From positions 1-53,110 of the forward strand of contig CAUZKZ010000001.1 in assembly GCA_963580345.1 (NCBI GenBank): 53,110 nucleotides of DNA. Reading direction: 5' to 3'. The stretch's first letter is position 1. Each line of letters starts with the position of its first letter. The DNA is from Verrucomicrobiia bacterium. Lineage in GTDB: Bacteria > Verrucomicrobiota > Verrucomicrobiia > Verrucomicrobiales > Akkermansiaceae. Below are positions 44,337-53,110 of this stretch, in pieces. The translations under genes and the position numbers were made by a program. The notes under the pieces were generated by a model. The model was given only the letters and a program-made list of their open reading frames with translations, was not told the origin of the DNA and searched no databases.

Positions 44337-45635
44337 TTACGGTTTCCCGTGCTCCAGGGTGATGACGCACTCGAGGTGCCTGGTCTGCGGGAAAAGATCG
44401 AAGGGTTGCACCGTGCGCAGGCTGTAACCGTGCGCGTTGAATTCCTTGAGGTCGCGAATCTGGGTGGAGGGATTGCAGGAAACGTAGACGACGCGCCGGG
44501 GCGCGAAGGAGAAGAGCTGCCGGAGAAACTCGGGCCCGCATCCTTTGCGCGGAGGATCGATCACCACCGCGCAGTGGCCGGGAGGGAACCCGACCTGATC
44601 AAAAATGTGTTCGGCGGAAGCGGTGAGGACAGTGACATTTTGCAGGGCGTTGTGCCTGGCGTTCTGGCGAGCCCAGTCGGCGGAGGACTCGGAGACCTCC
44701 ACCCCGGCGACCTGTTCGAAGCGGGGGGAGAGGGTGAGGGCGAAGAGCCCGGATCCGCAGTAGGCGTCGACCAGGAATCGGCATTCGCGGGCGGCTTCGG
44801 CGGCGACGTGATCGACGAAGGCGGGGAGGATGAAGGGATTGTTCTGGAAAAAGTCCCCGGCCAGGAAGCGCAGGGTGAGGTCCCCGACCCGTTCCTCGAC
44901 GACCTCGCGTGGATTGGTGTGGACGCCGCGGGCGGTGGCGCGGAGCAGGAGGGTGGCGCCCTTCTTGAACTTTCCGTGGGCAGCGGATTGATGCACGCGC
45001 TCCCGCTCGGCGGGCAGGGCGGCGTTGAGGGCTTCCATGGCGATCGGGCAGGAGGGGACGTCGATGACCTTCCGGCGGGATCCGGCCTCGAGGAACCCGA
45101 TGGCCAAGTCCTGCCCGGCGCGCGGTTTCTGGAAGTGCGGGGTGATCTTGGAGCGATAGTGCCATGGCCGGGGCGAGGCGATGGGCTCGTTCACCGGGTG
45201 ATCGATTCCGGCCATGTGGCGGAGGAGTTCGGCGACCTGCTGCCGTTTCCAGCGAAGCTGTTCCTCGTACGCGAGGTGCTGGTACTGGCAGCCTCCGCAG
45301 GAGGCGAAGAGCGGACAACGAGGTGCCCGCCGGTGCGGACTGGGGGAGAGAATCTCGACGAGATCGGCCTGGGAGCAATTGGCCTCGTTCTTCCAGATCC
45401 TGGCCCGGATCCGTTCGCCGGGCAGGGCGAACGGAACGAATACCACCCAGCCTCCGTCGCCTTCGGGACCAGAGAGATCGGGACCTGCGTCGCCTCTCGA
45501 ACGAGAACGGTGCAATTCGGGCCGCGCGACGCGGCCCACCCCGGCTCCGAGGTTGGAGAGAGAGTCGATCGTCAGCACAATCACTTCGTGATAGTCAAAG
45601 GGCTCGGGGCGGAAGTGCTTGGGAGGAGTGGACAT
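44337..45635 (-). CDS. TRAM-domain RNA (uracil-5-)-methyltransferase, RumA/RlmD/TrmA family
   Basis: Fe-S Cys cluster CPLFASCGGCQYQH, SAM motif VDAYCGSGLFAL, PPRKG and VVYVSCNPSTQIRDL. Start set at ATG 45633-45635; the 685-aa track ORF extension is rejected. Confidence 0.85.
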   Translation of the reverse strand: MSTPPKHFRPEPFDYHEVIVLTIDSLSNLGAGVGRVARPELHRSRSRGDAGPDLSGPEGDGGWVVFVPFALPGERIRARIWKNEANCSQADLVEILSPSPHRRAPRCPLFASCGGCQYQHLAYEEQLRWKRQQVAELLRHMAGIDHPVNEPIASPRPWHYRSKITPHFQKPRAGQDLAIGFLEAGSRRKVIDVPSCPIAMEALNAALPAERERVHQSAAHGKFKKGATLLLRATARGVHTNPREVVEERVGDLTLRFLAGDFFQNNPFILPAFVDHVAAEAARECRFLVDAYCGSGLFALTLSPRFEQVAGVEVSESSADWARQNARHNALQNVTVLTASAEHIFDQVGFPPGHCAVVIDPPRKGCGPEFLRQLFSFAPRRVVYVSCNPSTQIRDLKEFNAHGYSLRTVQPFDLFPQTRHLECVITLEHGKP

Positions 45636-45719
45636 TCCAGATTTGCTGCCGCTCAGTACCCTTGAGATTGCCACGAGCCGAATCCGCGAATAGGATTCTT
45701 CCTGAATCGTCGAATTGTC

Positions 45720-46133
45720 ATGAAAGCCTACCTTGCCATTCTTATCTCCGCCTTCGTTCTGGTGCCCCTCGCGGGCGCCGAGGTGGTCGAAGAAGAAACG
45801 TGGTATAGCGCCGACGGAAAGGTCGTCAAGAAGGTCAAGCGGACCCTGACCGGCGCCGATGCCAAGAGTGAGCCGGACTGGGAACCGGCCTGGGTCATTC
45901 GTGAGCGCGCCCGCGGGATGCAGAGCAGCCGCGTCACCTACAGTTCGGCGCGCCGTTATTTTCGGGGATCGTCGTACGGGTCCGGCCTCTCTTATCGATG
46001 CGGGACCAGCTATTACTATCCTGGTCGTTACGGGCGGAGCGGTTTTACCGGGTTCCTCCGGACCGGCAGCGGAAAGACGCGTTGGGGGCTCGGCTATCGC
46101 TCGCGCGGGTTGAACGCCCTCTTTACTCGCTAG
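45720..46133 (+). CDS. Hypothetical secreted protein with Gly/Arg/Tyr/Ser-rich C-terminus
   Basis: Signal peptide MKAYLAILISAFVLVPLAGA. No recognisable domain. Confidence 0.45.
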   Translation: MKAYLAILISAFVLVPLAGAEVVEEETWYSADGKVVKKVKRTLTGADAKSEPDWEPAWVIRERARGMQSSRVTYSSARRYFRGSSYGSGLSYRCGTSYYYPGRYGRSGFTGFLRTGSGKTRWGLGYRSRGLNALFTR

Positions 46134-46521
46134 GCGCCTCGACCGGGATGATGTCCGGCGGAGGCGTGGCGACCGGGGGGGTTGCCGGGGGGATGATGGA
46201 AAGCGGATCGCCCGGGACGGGCGCGGGCGCGGGGACGGGCGCGGGCGCGGGGACGGGCGCGGGATCAGGGGCAGCACCCTTCCTCGGGTCGTAGAGCTTG
46301 GTGGTAGGATCCGGCTGGCGGAACTCGTCGGCGGCGGGCTTGGGCTTGGGCTTGGGAGGGCGGGGGCGGGAGCGGCCCGCGACGGCGGGGGCACGGACCG
46401 GCGTGGGCTTCTCCGGCTCCACGAGGGGGAACTCCCAGCCCACGGGTTCGGTCTTCTTGTTCTTGCTGCACGCCGAAAGGGCTACTGCGCCGGCGATCGC
46501 GAGTAGGATCTTGGTGTTCAT
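46123..46521 (-). CDS. Proline-rich lipoprotein
   Basis: Lipobox at MNTKILLAIAGAVALSAC, with Pro-rich repeats (PAPVPAPAPVPAPAPVP) encoded by an 18-nt tandem repeat at 46214-46263. Start set at ATG 46519-46521. Confidence 0.55.
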   Translation of the reverse strand: MNTKILLAIAGAVALSACSKNKKTEPVGWEFPLVEPEKPTPVRAPAVAGRSRPRPPKPKPKPAADEFRQPDPTTKLYDPRKGAAPDPAPVPAPAPVPAPAPVPGDPLSIIPPATPPVATPPPDIIPVEAPSE

Positions 46522-46592
46522 CCCGGTGAGGGCTGGGGATGTTGCCCAGAAGGGACCGATTCTGGCAATCCGGAATGTCGGGCCGGTCGAAT

Positions 46593-47585
46593 TCAAGGCG
46601 GCGAGGCCTTGATCTTGCGGAGCCACCGCGTGATGTCGGTCAGGACGTTCTCGCGCTGATGATCGTAAAACAGGAGGTGGTAGCTCTCCGGATAGAAGGC
46701 GCGTTGGACGGGGGCGTCAGGCGGGAAATTGCGTTGAAAGGCGGCCACATCCGCAGGTTTCGAGAAAACATCGTGGCCGCCGTGAAGCAGGAGGACCGGG
46801 AGATCGATCTGCGCGGGGCCCTCCGGCAGAGTTTCAATCATGTTTCCGAGGGTGTAGAGCAGGCGGAGGGTGAAGGCCGAAAGGTGGTAGGGATTCGTTT
46901 CGACTTGCTCCTCGTGAACGACCCCCTTGATGACCTGGACCTCGTGTTGGCCGGAGAGCGATTCGAGGGAGATCCTGTGGCGCGGAAACAGGAAGGCACC
47001 CAAACGGAGGGCGGTGCGCCGCCACCCGGGGAAGCCGTCTTGAATCCTGGCGATGGGTGAGGAGAGGATAAGCGCATCGCATGGGAGCGCTTCTCCGGGA
47101 GCGGCGGCCGCGGCATGCAGCGCGATGAGCGAACCCATGCTTTCCCCGCACCACACCACGCGAGCCCCGGGGTGCCGGGCGCGGACCAGGCGCGTGAAGG
47201 TGTAGGCATCGTTGTACCAGTCGTGGCGGTCGCGGATGTCACCGCGGCGCGTGGCGATAGGATCGAGGCCCTGGCCGCGCAGGTCGGGAGCGTAGATGGC
47301 GGTGCGGGGGAGATGGTCCAAGAGGTACTCGCCCAGGATGCGGAGGTCGGTGGAGGCGCCGGCGATTCCGTGAAAGCCGATAACCACCAAGCGGGGAGAT
47401 CTCTTTGGCACCCAGCGCTGGTAGGAAAAACGATCGCCGTCAAAGGAGGTGAAGGTCGTCGCGTCAAGAGCGGGCTGAGGTCCGATGGCAGGCACGGCGG
47501 AGTGGGAAGCACAACCCGGAATTACGCCGATCGTCAACGGGATAAACGCCAGGCCGAGCAGGGAATTGAACTTTCTAACAGCCAT
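46593..47585 (-). CDS. Alpha/beta hydrolase (lysophospholipase / monoacylglycerol-lipase-like), probable lipoprotein
   Basis: Lipobox-like VIPGC, an HG motif (VIGFHGIAG) and the nucleophile elbow CGESMGS. Confidence 0.7.
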   Translation of the reverse strand: MAVRKFNSLLGLAFIPLTIGVIPGCASHSAVPAIGPQPALDATTFTSFDGDRFSYQRWVPKRSPRLVVIGFHGIAGASTDLRILGEYLLDHLPRTAIYAPDLRGQGLDPIATRRGDIRDRHDWYNDAYTFTRLVRARHPGARVVWCGESMGSLIALHAAAAAPGEALPCDALILSSPIARIQDGFPGWRRTALRLGAFLFPRHRISLESLSGQHEVQVIKGVVHEEQVETNPYHLSAFTLRLLYTLGNMIETLPEGPAQIDLPVLLLHGGHDVFSKPADVAAFQRNFPPDAPVQRAFYPESYHLLFYDHQRENVLTDITRWLRKIKASPP

Positions 47586-47682
47586 CGTCCGGGTGGAACG
47601 AGAGACGGGCGCCAGTGAGAGATTACGTCATTTCGCAGGGGAGAATCGATGAGAACACGGTCCGGTAAGGTATCGGAACGGT

Positions 47683-47871
47683 ATGACGTTACTCCAGGCC
47701 GTGCAGGCCGCGGGGGACCTGAATCCGTTCGGAAGCAAGAAACGACTTTTTGTCACGCGCGGCGACCAGCGCTGCGTGATCGACCTCCGCGGCGCGAAAG
47801 GACAATCCTTCGCGTTGCAGAGTGGCGATACCATTGTGGTGGATCGCCGAAAACCGTTCGAACGGGAGTAG
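47683..47871 (+). CDS. Isolated SLBB (soluble-ligand-binding beta-grasp) domain ORF; a Wza-type polysaccharide export protein fragment or mini-protein
   Basis: MTLLQAVQAAGDLNPFGSKKRLFVTRGD..VIDL....FALQSGDTIVV fits the SLBB pattern. An in-frame TGA at 47650 cuts off the first beta-strand region. Confidence 0.4.
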   Translation: MTLLQAVQAAGDLNPFGSKKRLFVTRGDQRCVIDLRGAKGQSFALQSGDTIVVDRRKPFERE

Positions 47872-47874
47872 GCC

Positions 47875-48966
47875 TTACTTGGGCTTTGGCTCGGGTTCGG
47901 GCTTCGGCTTGGGCGCGGGCTTCGGACCCGGTTCTGGCTTGGGGAGCGGTGCAGGTTTGCCCTTGGGATTCGGATTGGTGGGGATGCGGACCGGCGGCGA
48001 GACGGCCCTGGCACCGGTCCCCGGGCGGCGCTGGGGCACGCGGACCGGAGGCGAGACGGCCTTGGGGGCGCCGGGCCGGCCACCGACCGCGGGCCTGCTG
48101 GGCGGAGCCGGGAGGTCCTTGATTTCGGCTAACTCCAGTTCGAAGATCAGGGTGCTGTTGGGTCCGAGCTTGGCGCTGCGACGACCTTCCTTGTAAGCCA
48201 GGTTGGCCGGGATAAAGAGCTTCCATTTCGATCCGACCGGCATGGTGGAGAGAGCCTCTTTGAATCCCGGGATCACATTCATCGACATGGGGGAGGGCTT
48301 GCCACCCGAGGTGTCGAATTCGGTCCCATCGATGAGGGTGCCATGGTAGATCGTCATGAACTGCTTGTTCGGCCGTTCTCCCTCTGGCGGGGGCGTGTAG
48401 ACTTGGCCGTCGCCTTCTTTCAGGATCTCGTACTGCAGGCCGCTATCGGTGGTGATGACTCCTTCCCGCTTCTTGTTCTCGGCGAGAAACTTCTCCCCGG
48501 CGGTTTTGTTCGTCTCGGCGAGCTTGGCTTCCCGCTCCTTGATGCCTTCGCTCAACTGCATGAGGGCAGCGTTGATCTCTTCTTGATCGAGAGCGGAGTC
48601 CTTGAGTTCGAGGGCATCGAACAAGCCTTTCAGGAACTGCTCGCGGTCGATGTCGTCCAGCGTCAGTCCGTAACGTCCGGTCTGTCCGGCGAAACTGCGC
48701 CCGTTGCGGAATCCGAAGCCATAAGAGGTGTAGGTCTTGAGTTTGGCGGGATCCATCTTGGGCTTCGGCGGAGGCTTGGGTGCCGGAGGTTTCAGCGGGA
48801 CCGGGGGAGCGGCGGGCTTCGCTGCGGGAGGTTTGGCCGGGGCTGGCGGGGCAGGTTTGGCCGGGGCCGGCGGGGCAGGTTTCTTGGCGGGTTCATCCTG
48901 CGCCACAAGAGCGCCCGAGAGGAGAAAGCCGGCACTCAGGAGTGCGGCAGGGGTCTTGAATTTCAT
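47875..48966 (-). CDS. FKBP-type peptidyl-prolyl cis-trans isomerase (FkpA/Mip-like) with Pro-rich N- and C-terminal low-complexity extensions
   Basis: Signal peptide. FKBP core TTDSGLQYEILKEGDG...YHGTLIDGTEFDTS...VIPGFKEALSTMPVGSKWKLFIPANLAYK...PNSTLIFELELAEI. Confidence 0.85.
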   Translation of the reverse strand: MKFKTPAALLSAGFLLSGALVAQDEPAKKPAPPAPAKPAPPAPAKPPAAKPAAPPVPLKPPAPKPPPKPKMDPAKLKTYTSYGFGFRNGRSFAGQTGRYGLTLDDIDREQFLKGLFDALELKDSALDQEEINAALMQLSEGIKEREAKLAETNKTAGEKFLAENKKREGVITTDSGLQYEILKEGDGQVYTPPPEGERPNKQFMTIYHGTLIDGTEFDTSGGKPSPMSMNVIPGFKEALSTMPVGSKWKLFIPANLAYKEGRRSAKLGPNSTLIFELELAEIKDLPAPPSRPAVGGRPGAPKAVSPPVRVPQRRPGTGARAVSPPVRIPTNPNPKGKPAPLPKPEPGPKPAPKPKPEPEPKPK

Positions 48967-49114
48967 GCTCTTTGGTGGTTGGCGCGGAACGTAGGGACGC
49001 AGTGCGGAGGTGTCGAGCTAAAGGGTGGATAGTTCGGGAGCCCAAACCAACAAGCAGATGAACATTGAACGCGGGGGCGCGGCTCGCTACAGAAATCGTC
49101 CAAGCGAACGACAA

Positions 49115-50341
49115 ATGTCGGTTTCCCAATCACGGCCCGCCCCTCCTCCCCACCGCCTCCGGTGGCTGAAGTTCCTGGTGATTCTTCCCTGCGCGGGCGC
49201 CTTTCTGGGATTCGGGGTGGGGCTGATCTCGAGCTATGTCGCACCCAAGCGATTCGAAAGCGTGGCGACGGTCCAGATTCGTTCCGACCCCTCGGCGATC
49301 GATGCGCCGGGAGAGAGGGCATGGCTCCGCTCCCTCGAATCGGAAATCCCTCATCTCGAGTCGGCCGAGACCTTGAAGATCGTGGTGGACCGCCTCGACC
49401 TGCCCTCCCGGTGGGACGGAATCTCGCATGAGAAAGCGGTGGAAACACTCCGCGAGAAGATTGCCACCGAACGCGAGGTGGGGACGGACCTGGTGCGGAT
49501 TCGGGTGCGGCACCACAGCGCCCAGGAGGCGCGGGACCTTGCCGCCGCGGTGGTGGAGGCCTATGCGGAGCTGCGCCGGAGAAAGGATTTGGAACGCACC
49601 GGCCGGGCCCTGCGTGCCCTCGATCTCGAATTGCGCAAGCAGGAAGAAAAAGTCGAGGCGCAGCGAAGCCGCCTGGAAAGGCTGGCACCGGCGGGTGACC
49701 CGGATCTGAAGCGGGCCGCCGTAACGCAGGAGTACGAGTTCCGCCGCATGAAGTTGACGATCGAAGCGCAGAGGAAGGCACTCGCGGTCTTGAAAGGGGA
49801 CGACCGGATCAAGTACGCGGCAGGACTGGACCAACCTAACAACGAGGTGCCGGTGCATTACAATGAGCTGTTGCTCGAACGGCGGGAGCGTGACACCTTG
49901 CAGGCGTCGGGACTCGGTGAGTCGCATCCGGCGATTCGCGCGGTGGAAACCCGCCTGGTGCGCCTACAAAGCGATCTCGCTCAAGCCATCGCGGAGTTGC
50001 GCGCGGAGCTTGCGACCCGGTCGGAACAGCTGGATGTGCAGATTGGGGAAGTCGCCGAACGCATTGCGCAGTGGGAGGACGATCCGGACCAGCCGGCGCG
50101 TCGCGCCGCGAGGCAAGCCTACGACGAGGAGCGGGAGTTTCTTCAGGCCATGAAGCTCGATCACAGTGCGAAACGGGTCGCGTTGCAGGTTCCGGCGAAT
50201 CCCGTGACCCTTCACGAGCGGCCCACCGTGGCCTCCAGGCCAGTGCGCCCCAGAGTCCCACTTCACCTGTCTCTGGGGTCCCTCCTTGGAGCACTGGCGG
50301 GATTGCTCCTGGCCCTGCCGGTAGCCCTGGTGAGGCGCTAG
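49115..50341 (+). CDS. Wzz/GumC-like polysaccharide chain-length determinant family protein (no kinase domain)
   Basis: N-terminal TM helix followed by YVAPKRFESVATVQIR, a long coiled-coil periplasmic region and a C-terminal TM helix. Start could be ATG 49115 or 49058. Confidence 0.55.
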   Translation: MSVSQSRPAPPPHRLRWLKFLVILPCAGAFLGFGVGLISSYVAPKRFESVATVQIRSDPSAIDAPGERAWLRSLESEIPHLESAETLKIVVDRLDLPSRWDGISHEKAVETLREKIATEREVGTDLVRIRVRHHSAQEARDLAAAVVEAYAELRRRKDLERTGRALRALDLELRKQEEKVEAQRSRLERLAPAGDPDLKRAAVTQEYEFRRMKLTIEAQRKALAVLKGDDRIKYAAGLDQPNNEVPVHYNELLLERRERDTLQASGLGESHPAIRAVETRLVRLQSDLAQAIAELRAELATRSEQLDVQIGEVAERIAQWEDDPDQPARRAARQAYDEEREFLQAMKLDHSAKRVALQVPANPVTLHERPTVASRPVRPRVPLHLSLGSLLGALAGLLLALPVALVRR

Positions 50342-50445
50342 CGTTAAGGGCCGGGGACCACACGCTCAGGCCGCGCGGTAAATTCCGTCGCCTCGCCCTG
50401 ATCCTTCTTGCGGGTCGCCGTTCCCCTTCGGCTTTCGACCCCTGC

Positions 50446-51309
50446 CTACTTCGACTGCTCCAGCATCCTGACCACGGCCGCTTCGGCTTTAAGCCGGATG
50501 TCCTCAGGGATTTCGATTTGCGGTGCAAGCTTGTCGAGGCAGGCGTGAAGCTTCTCGAGGGTGTTCAGCTTCATGTATTTGCAATCGGAGCAGGCCTCCG
50601 CGTTTTTGCAGAAAGCGACCATCTTTTCAGTGGAGCACACCTCATCGGCGAGGAGGCGGACGGCGGTGGTGCACTCGGGATGCGCAACCACCACCGCGTC
50701 GGGATATTCGTCCTTGATCCTCTGAATGGAGTCGCGGGTGAATTCCACATGCACGTAGCAGGCGCCCTGCCATAGGTCCATCTTGCGATTGGTCTGCTCC
50801 ATGACCCAGGCGCCGAGGTTGGCGTCGGGAACAAAGAGGATGGGGCGGTCCTTGGGGGCCTGCTCCACGATGCGGACCGCGTTGCCGGAGGTGCAGATGA
50901 CATCCGAGAGGGCCTTCACGCCGGCGGAGCAATTGATGTAGGCAATGACGTAGTAGTTCCGGTCGGGGTGGTCGGTTAGATACCTCTCGAGGGCGGGAGC
51001 GGGGCACGACTCTTCGAGGGAGCATCCCGCATCCTTGTCGGGCAGGACCACGGTCTTGTCCGGGTTCAGGATCTTGGCGGTCTCCGCCATGAAGTGCACC
51101 CCGCAAAATGCGATGACCTCCGCGTCGGTATCCCGGGCCTTGTAGGAGAGCCCGAGGGAGTCACCCACATAGTCGGCGATATCCTGGATCGACCCGACCT
51201 GGTAATTGTGCGCAAGGATAACGGCGTTGCGCTCTTTCTTGAGGCGCAGGATATCCTCCTTCAGATCGAGGGCAGGGGTGGCCGTGCTCATGGGTGAAGG
51301 CTCACCCAT
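50446..51309 (-). CDS. nadA: Quinolinate synthase
   Basis: Motifs AVILAHNYQ, IADYVGDSLGLS, FCGVHFMAETAKIL and the VVAHPEC-type Cys ligand regions. Start could be ATG 51309 or 51291. Confidence 0.88.
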   Translation of the reverse strand: MGEPSPMSTATPALDLKEDILRLKKERNAVILAHNYQVGSIQDIADYVGDSLGLSYKARDTDAEVIAFCGVHFMAETAKILNPDKTVVLPDKDAGCSLEESCPAPALERYLTDHPDRNYYVIAYINCSAGVKALSDVICTSGNAVRIVEQAPKDRPILFVPDANLGAWVMEQTNRKMDLWQGACYVHVEFTRDSIQRIKDEYPDAVVVAHPECTTAVRLLADEVCSTEKMVAFCKNAEACSDCKYMKLNTLEKLHACLDKLAPQIEIPEDIRLKAEAAVVRMLEQSK

Positions 51310-51376
51310 GACCGTGTCCGGAGCAAAGAGAATTCGGCCCGCCGGCTCTTGGGGGCGGACTCCCCGGGCGGGTGCT

Positions 51377-52465
51377 TCAGGCCTCCCCGTCCAGTGCCTC
51401 GACCGAAGCGGGTTCGAGGTCTTCCTCCCGCGCCGCCCCTTTGGGCCCGGTTGCCTCTTTGCCGGGCAGCGTCATGCCCTCGATATCAGCGAGATCGCCG
51501 AACTTGGCGTAGCGCTCCGCGAGTTGCGGCATGCTGACCATTCCGGCGTGGCGGGCACCTTCGCTGACGGATAGCGAGCGGGTCTGAATGTCGCCCTCCA
51601 GGAGAGACTTCTTTTCGAGGTGCAGCTTCTTCTCGCACACGATGTCCCCCTTTACGACGCCATCGATGAATACTTCCTCCGCTTGCACGGGGTGCGTGAA
51701 GACCAGCTCGGCGCGGTCGCGCACAATCAGGCGGCGGCAGCGCACCGGGCCGGTGATGGTGCCATTGCGCAAGAGCGTGAGATTGCCGTCGCAGTCAATG
51801 CTGCTGCCGGTAAACTCGCCCTCGATGGTGAGATCGTTGCATTGGACCGAAACTCCGTTGATCCCTCCCTTGCGATAAATGTGCACGTTTCCGCGGGTGC
51901 GAATGCGGCGGTGGTGCATCTCGCGAATCTCGTAATCCTCGAGGGGAATCGGTACGGCGCATCGCGGGCACATGGTCGAGACGGCGTTGAGCGGGATGCT
52001 CTGTGGGAAGTCGCAATCCACGCAATGCACATGGCGATGGCCATCCCTGGGATCGCTTGGCAGCAGCCGGGCCAGGCGGGCGATGGCGGGATGATCTCCC
52101 GACGAGGTCGCGACGAGGGGAACGCGGGCCTTGGAAGGAATAGCCGAGGAATGGCGTTTCCGAAGCTGCCACCCCGCGAAAAACTCGAGCTGGGTTTCGC
52201 GGCGCGCCGCATCAGGATTCCCGTTTCCAGACCGGACCACGGCGGGATTCTTCCGGCCGTTCGCTTCCCGACGCGCGAGTTCCTCGCGCGTCGGAAAGGG
52301 AAATTCAGGGACCGGTGCGGGGGGGGCGGCCACGCCGTCCGAGATCTCGTAGTAGGCACCGCATCCACGACTTCGACAGAAGGTGGAGCGGGCAAACTGA
52401 GCTTCTTGCTGTTGGTGCCCGCAGACCGGACACGAAAGCAGGTTCTTCTTCTGACGCCCGAACAT
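51377..52465 (-). CDS. Bactofilin-domain protein fused to two N-terminal zinc-ribbon motifs
   Basis: CPVCGH..(15)..CRSRGC and CVDCDF..(13)..CPRC, followed by the bactofilin beta-helix pattern (GNVHIY..GINGVSVQCNDLTIEGEFTGSSIDCDGNLTLLRNGTITGPVRCRRLIV..VFIDGVVKGDIVC..LEGDIQTRSLSVSEGA). Start could be ATG 52465 or the TTG at 52519, which overlaps the upstream stop. Confidence 0.7.
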   Translation of the reverse strand: MFGRQKKNLLSCPVCGHQQQEAQFARSTFCRSRGCGAYYEISDGVAAPPAPVPEFPFPTREELARREANGRKNPAVVRSGNGNPDAARRETQLEFFAGWQLRKRHSSAIPSKARVPLVATSSGDHPAIARLARLLPSDPRDGHRHVHCVDCDFPQSIPLNAVSTMCPRCAVPIPLEDYEIREMHHRRIRTRGNVHIYRKGGINGVSVQCNDLTIEGEFTGSSIDCDGNLTLLRNGTITGPVRCRRLIVRDRAELVFTHPVQAEEVFIDGVVKGDIVCEKKLHLEKKSLLEGDIQTRSLSVSEGARHAGMVSMPQLAERYAKFGDLADIEGMTLPGKEATGPKGAAREEDLEPASVEALDGEA

Positions 52466-52515
52466 AACGGATCGGCGGAGGTGGCTTTGGAAGTGTCGGA
52501 ATCGATCAGGCCGGA

Positions 52516-53031
52516 TCAAGCACGGGCAAGCTCACGCTCGCCCCGGCTCTTGCTCCGCTCGGATGACGCGGCATCGCTGCCACTCGACGAATTGTCCTTG
52601 GAAGGAACTGCACCGACCGCGGAGGTGCCGACCAGAACCGCGCCCGCCTGCATCGACAAGACGGCGGCCTTGATGTCACCGGGGACCTCGGCGTTCTCCA
52701 TCAGCTCGAGGCGATCCGAGGCGTAAATGTCTCCATTCACGCAACCCTGGACCACCACGCACTTGGAGCGAATCTCGGCATTGACGGTGGCTTTGGGGCC
52801 AATCGTCACGGACCCATCGGAGAAGATCTCCCCTTCAATCCTGCCGTCGATCACGACGTCATTCTTGAACTTGACGGTTCCGGTAATTTCCACATCCGAG
52901 AGGATGAGGTTGGTGCCGCCGAGGGCCTTGGAAGACTTTTCGTTCTTCGACTTGGTCTCAGGGCGCTCAGATTTGGAGGCACTTTCGGCCTCTACGACTT
53001 CGTTCGACTTGGGGGCATTTTTTTGGAACAT
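52516..53031 (-). CDS. Bactofilin (polymer-forming cytoskeletal protein, CcmA/BacA-like)
   Basis: LILSDVEITGTVKFKNDVVIDGRIEGEIFSDGSVTIGPKATVNAEIRSKCVVVQGCVNGDIYASDRLELMENAEVPGDIKAAVLSMQAGAVLVG is the canonical bactofilin repeat pattern. Start set at ATG 53029-53031. Confidence 0.85.
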   Translation of the reverse strand: MFQKNAPKSNEVVEAESASKSERPETKSKNEKSSKALGGTNLILSDVEITGTVKFKNDVVIDGRIEGEIFSDGSVTIGPKATVNAEIRSKCVVVQGCVNGDIYASDRLELMENAEVPGDIKAAVLSMQAGAVLVGTSAVGAVPSKDNSSSGSDAASSERSKSRGERELARA

Positions 53032-53110
53032 GTGTGCGATAATTGATTGAGGGCACACATAGTATTAGAAAAGTTATAAGGGTCCAGGAAAGTTTAATCT
53101 TAACAATCAA
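53032..53110 (-). promoter_or_regulatory. AT-rich upstream region of the bactofilin operon (about 31% GC over the last 70 nt by my count) with a 7-bp inverted repeat TTGATTG...CAATCAA
   Basis: Sharp compositional drop relative to the flanking coding DNA. The region is cut by the window edge, so no promoter hexamers were assigned. Confidence 0.35.

Noticed and set aside
46214-46263. 18-nt tandem repeat (GGGACGGGCGCGGGCGCG x2.7). Similar GC-rich tandem repeats occur at ~48830-48890 and ~47985-48070.
   Set aside because: They lie inside coding regions and simply encode Pro/Ala-rich low-complexity linkers of the lipoprotein and the FKBP protein. They are not independent elements.

Overview
High-GC (roughly low-to-mid 60s % by eye) chromosomal segment. 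Gene content suggests a PVC-type bacterium, possibly Verrucomicrobiota; that taxon call is a low-confidence guess. The window is mostly core housekeeping genes. It holds tRNA-Leu(UAG), ugd, a MidA-like methyltransferase, a class A PBP, an NhaP antiporter and the H+/Na+ pyrophosphatase hppA. It also holds an exbB-exbD operon followed by two ~800-aa TPR proteins, a frameshifted secreted vWA protein, uvrC, sufE and sufS (split by an esterase-like hydrolase), tamB-tamA, the dnaG-rpoD operon, a double-domain NfeD protease, an RNA uracil methyltransferase, an FKBP isomerase, a Wzz-like protein, nadA and two tandem bactofilins. I found no transposase, integrase, CRISPR array, rRNA or recognisable defence genes. 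Many long ORFs in the six-frame track are antisense shadow ORFs typical of GC-rich DNA and were discarded. The track also accepts GTG/TTG starts, so several starts were re-set to internal ATGs at signal peptides or conserved N-termini. The least ordinary stretch is 39.2-44.3 kb. It contains a lower-GC 505-nt island with a 56-codon ORF and two microsatellites. Next to it is an M20 peptidase, then a ~130-nt near-perfect hairpin overlapping a 66-codon ORF that abuts the stop of an ATP-grasp gene. That gene is translationally coupled to a SAM methyltransferase, with a divergent APH/NahK-like kinase upstream. Other points worth checking: a class A PBP whose transpeptidase SxxK and SxN motifs are degenerate, an 87-nt repeat family ending in CTACTAG, two apparently frame-disrupted secreted-protein genes, a bactofilin fused to two zinc ribbons, and a histone-H1-like Lys/Ala tail on RpoD. 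All functional calls rest on motif recognition by eye; no database search was run.
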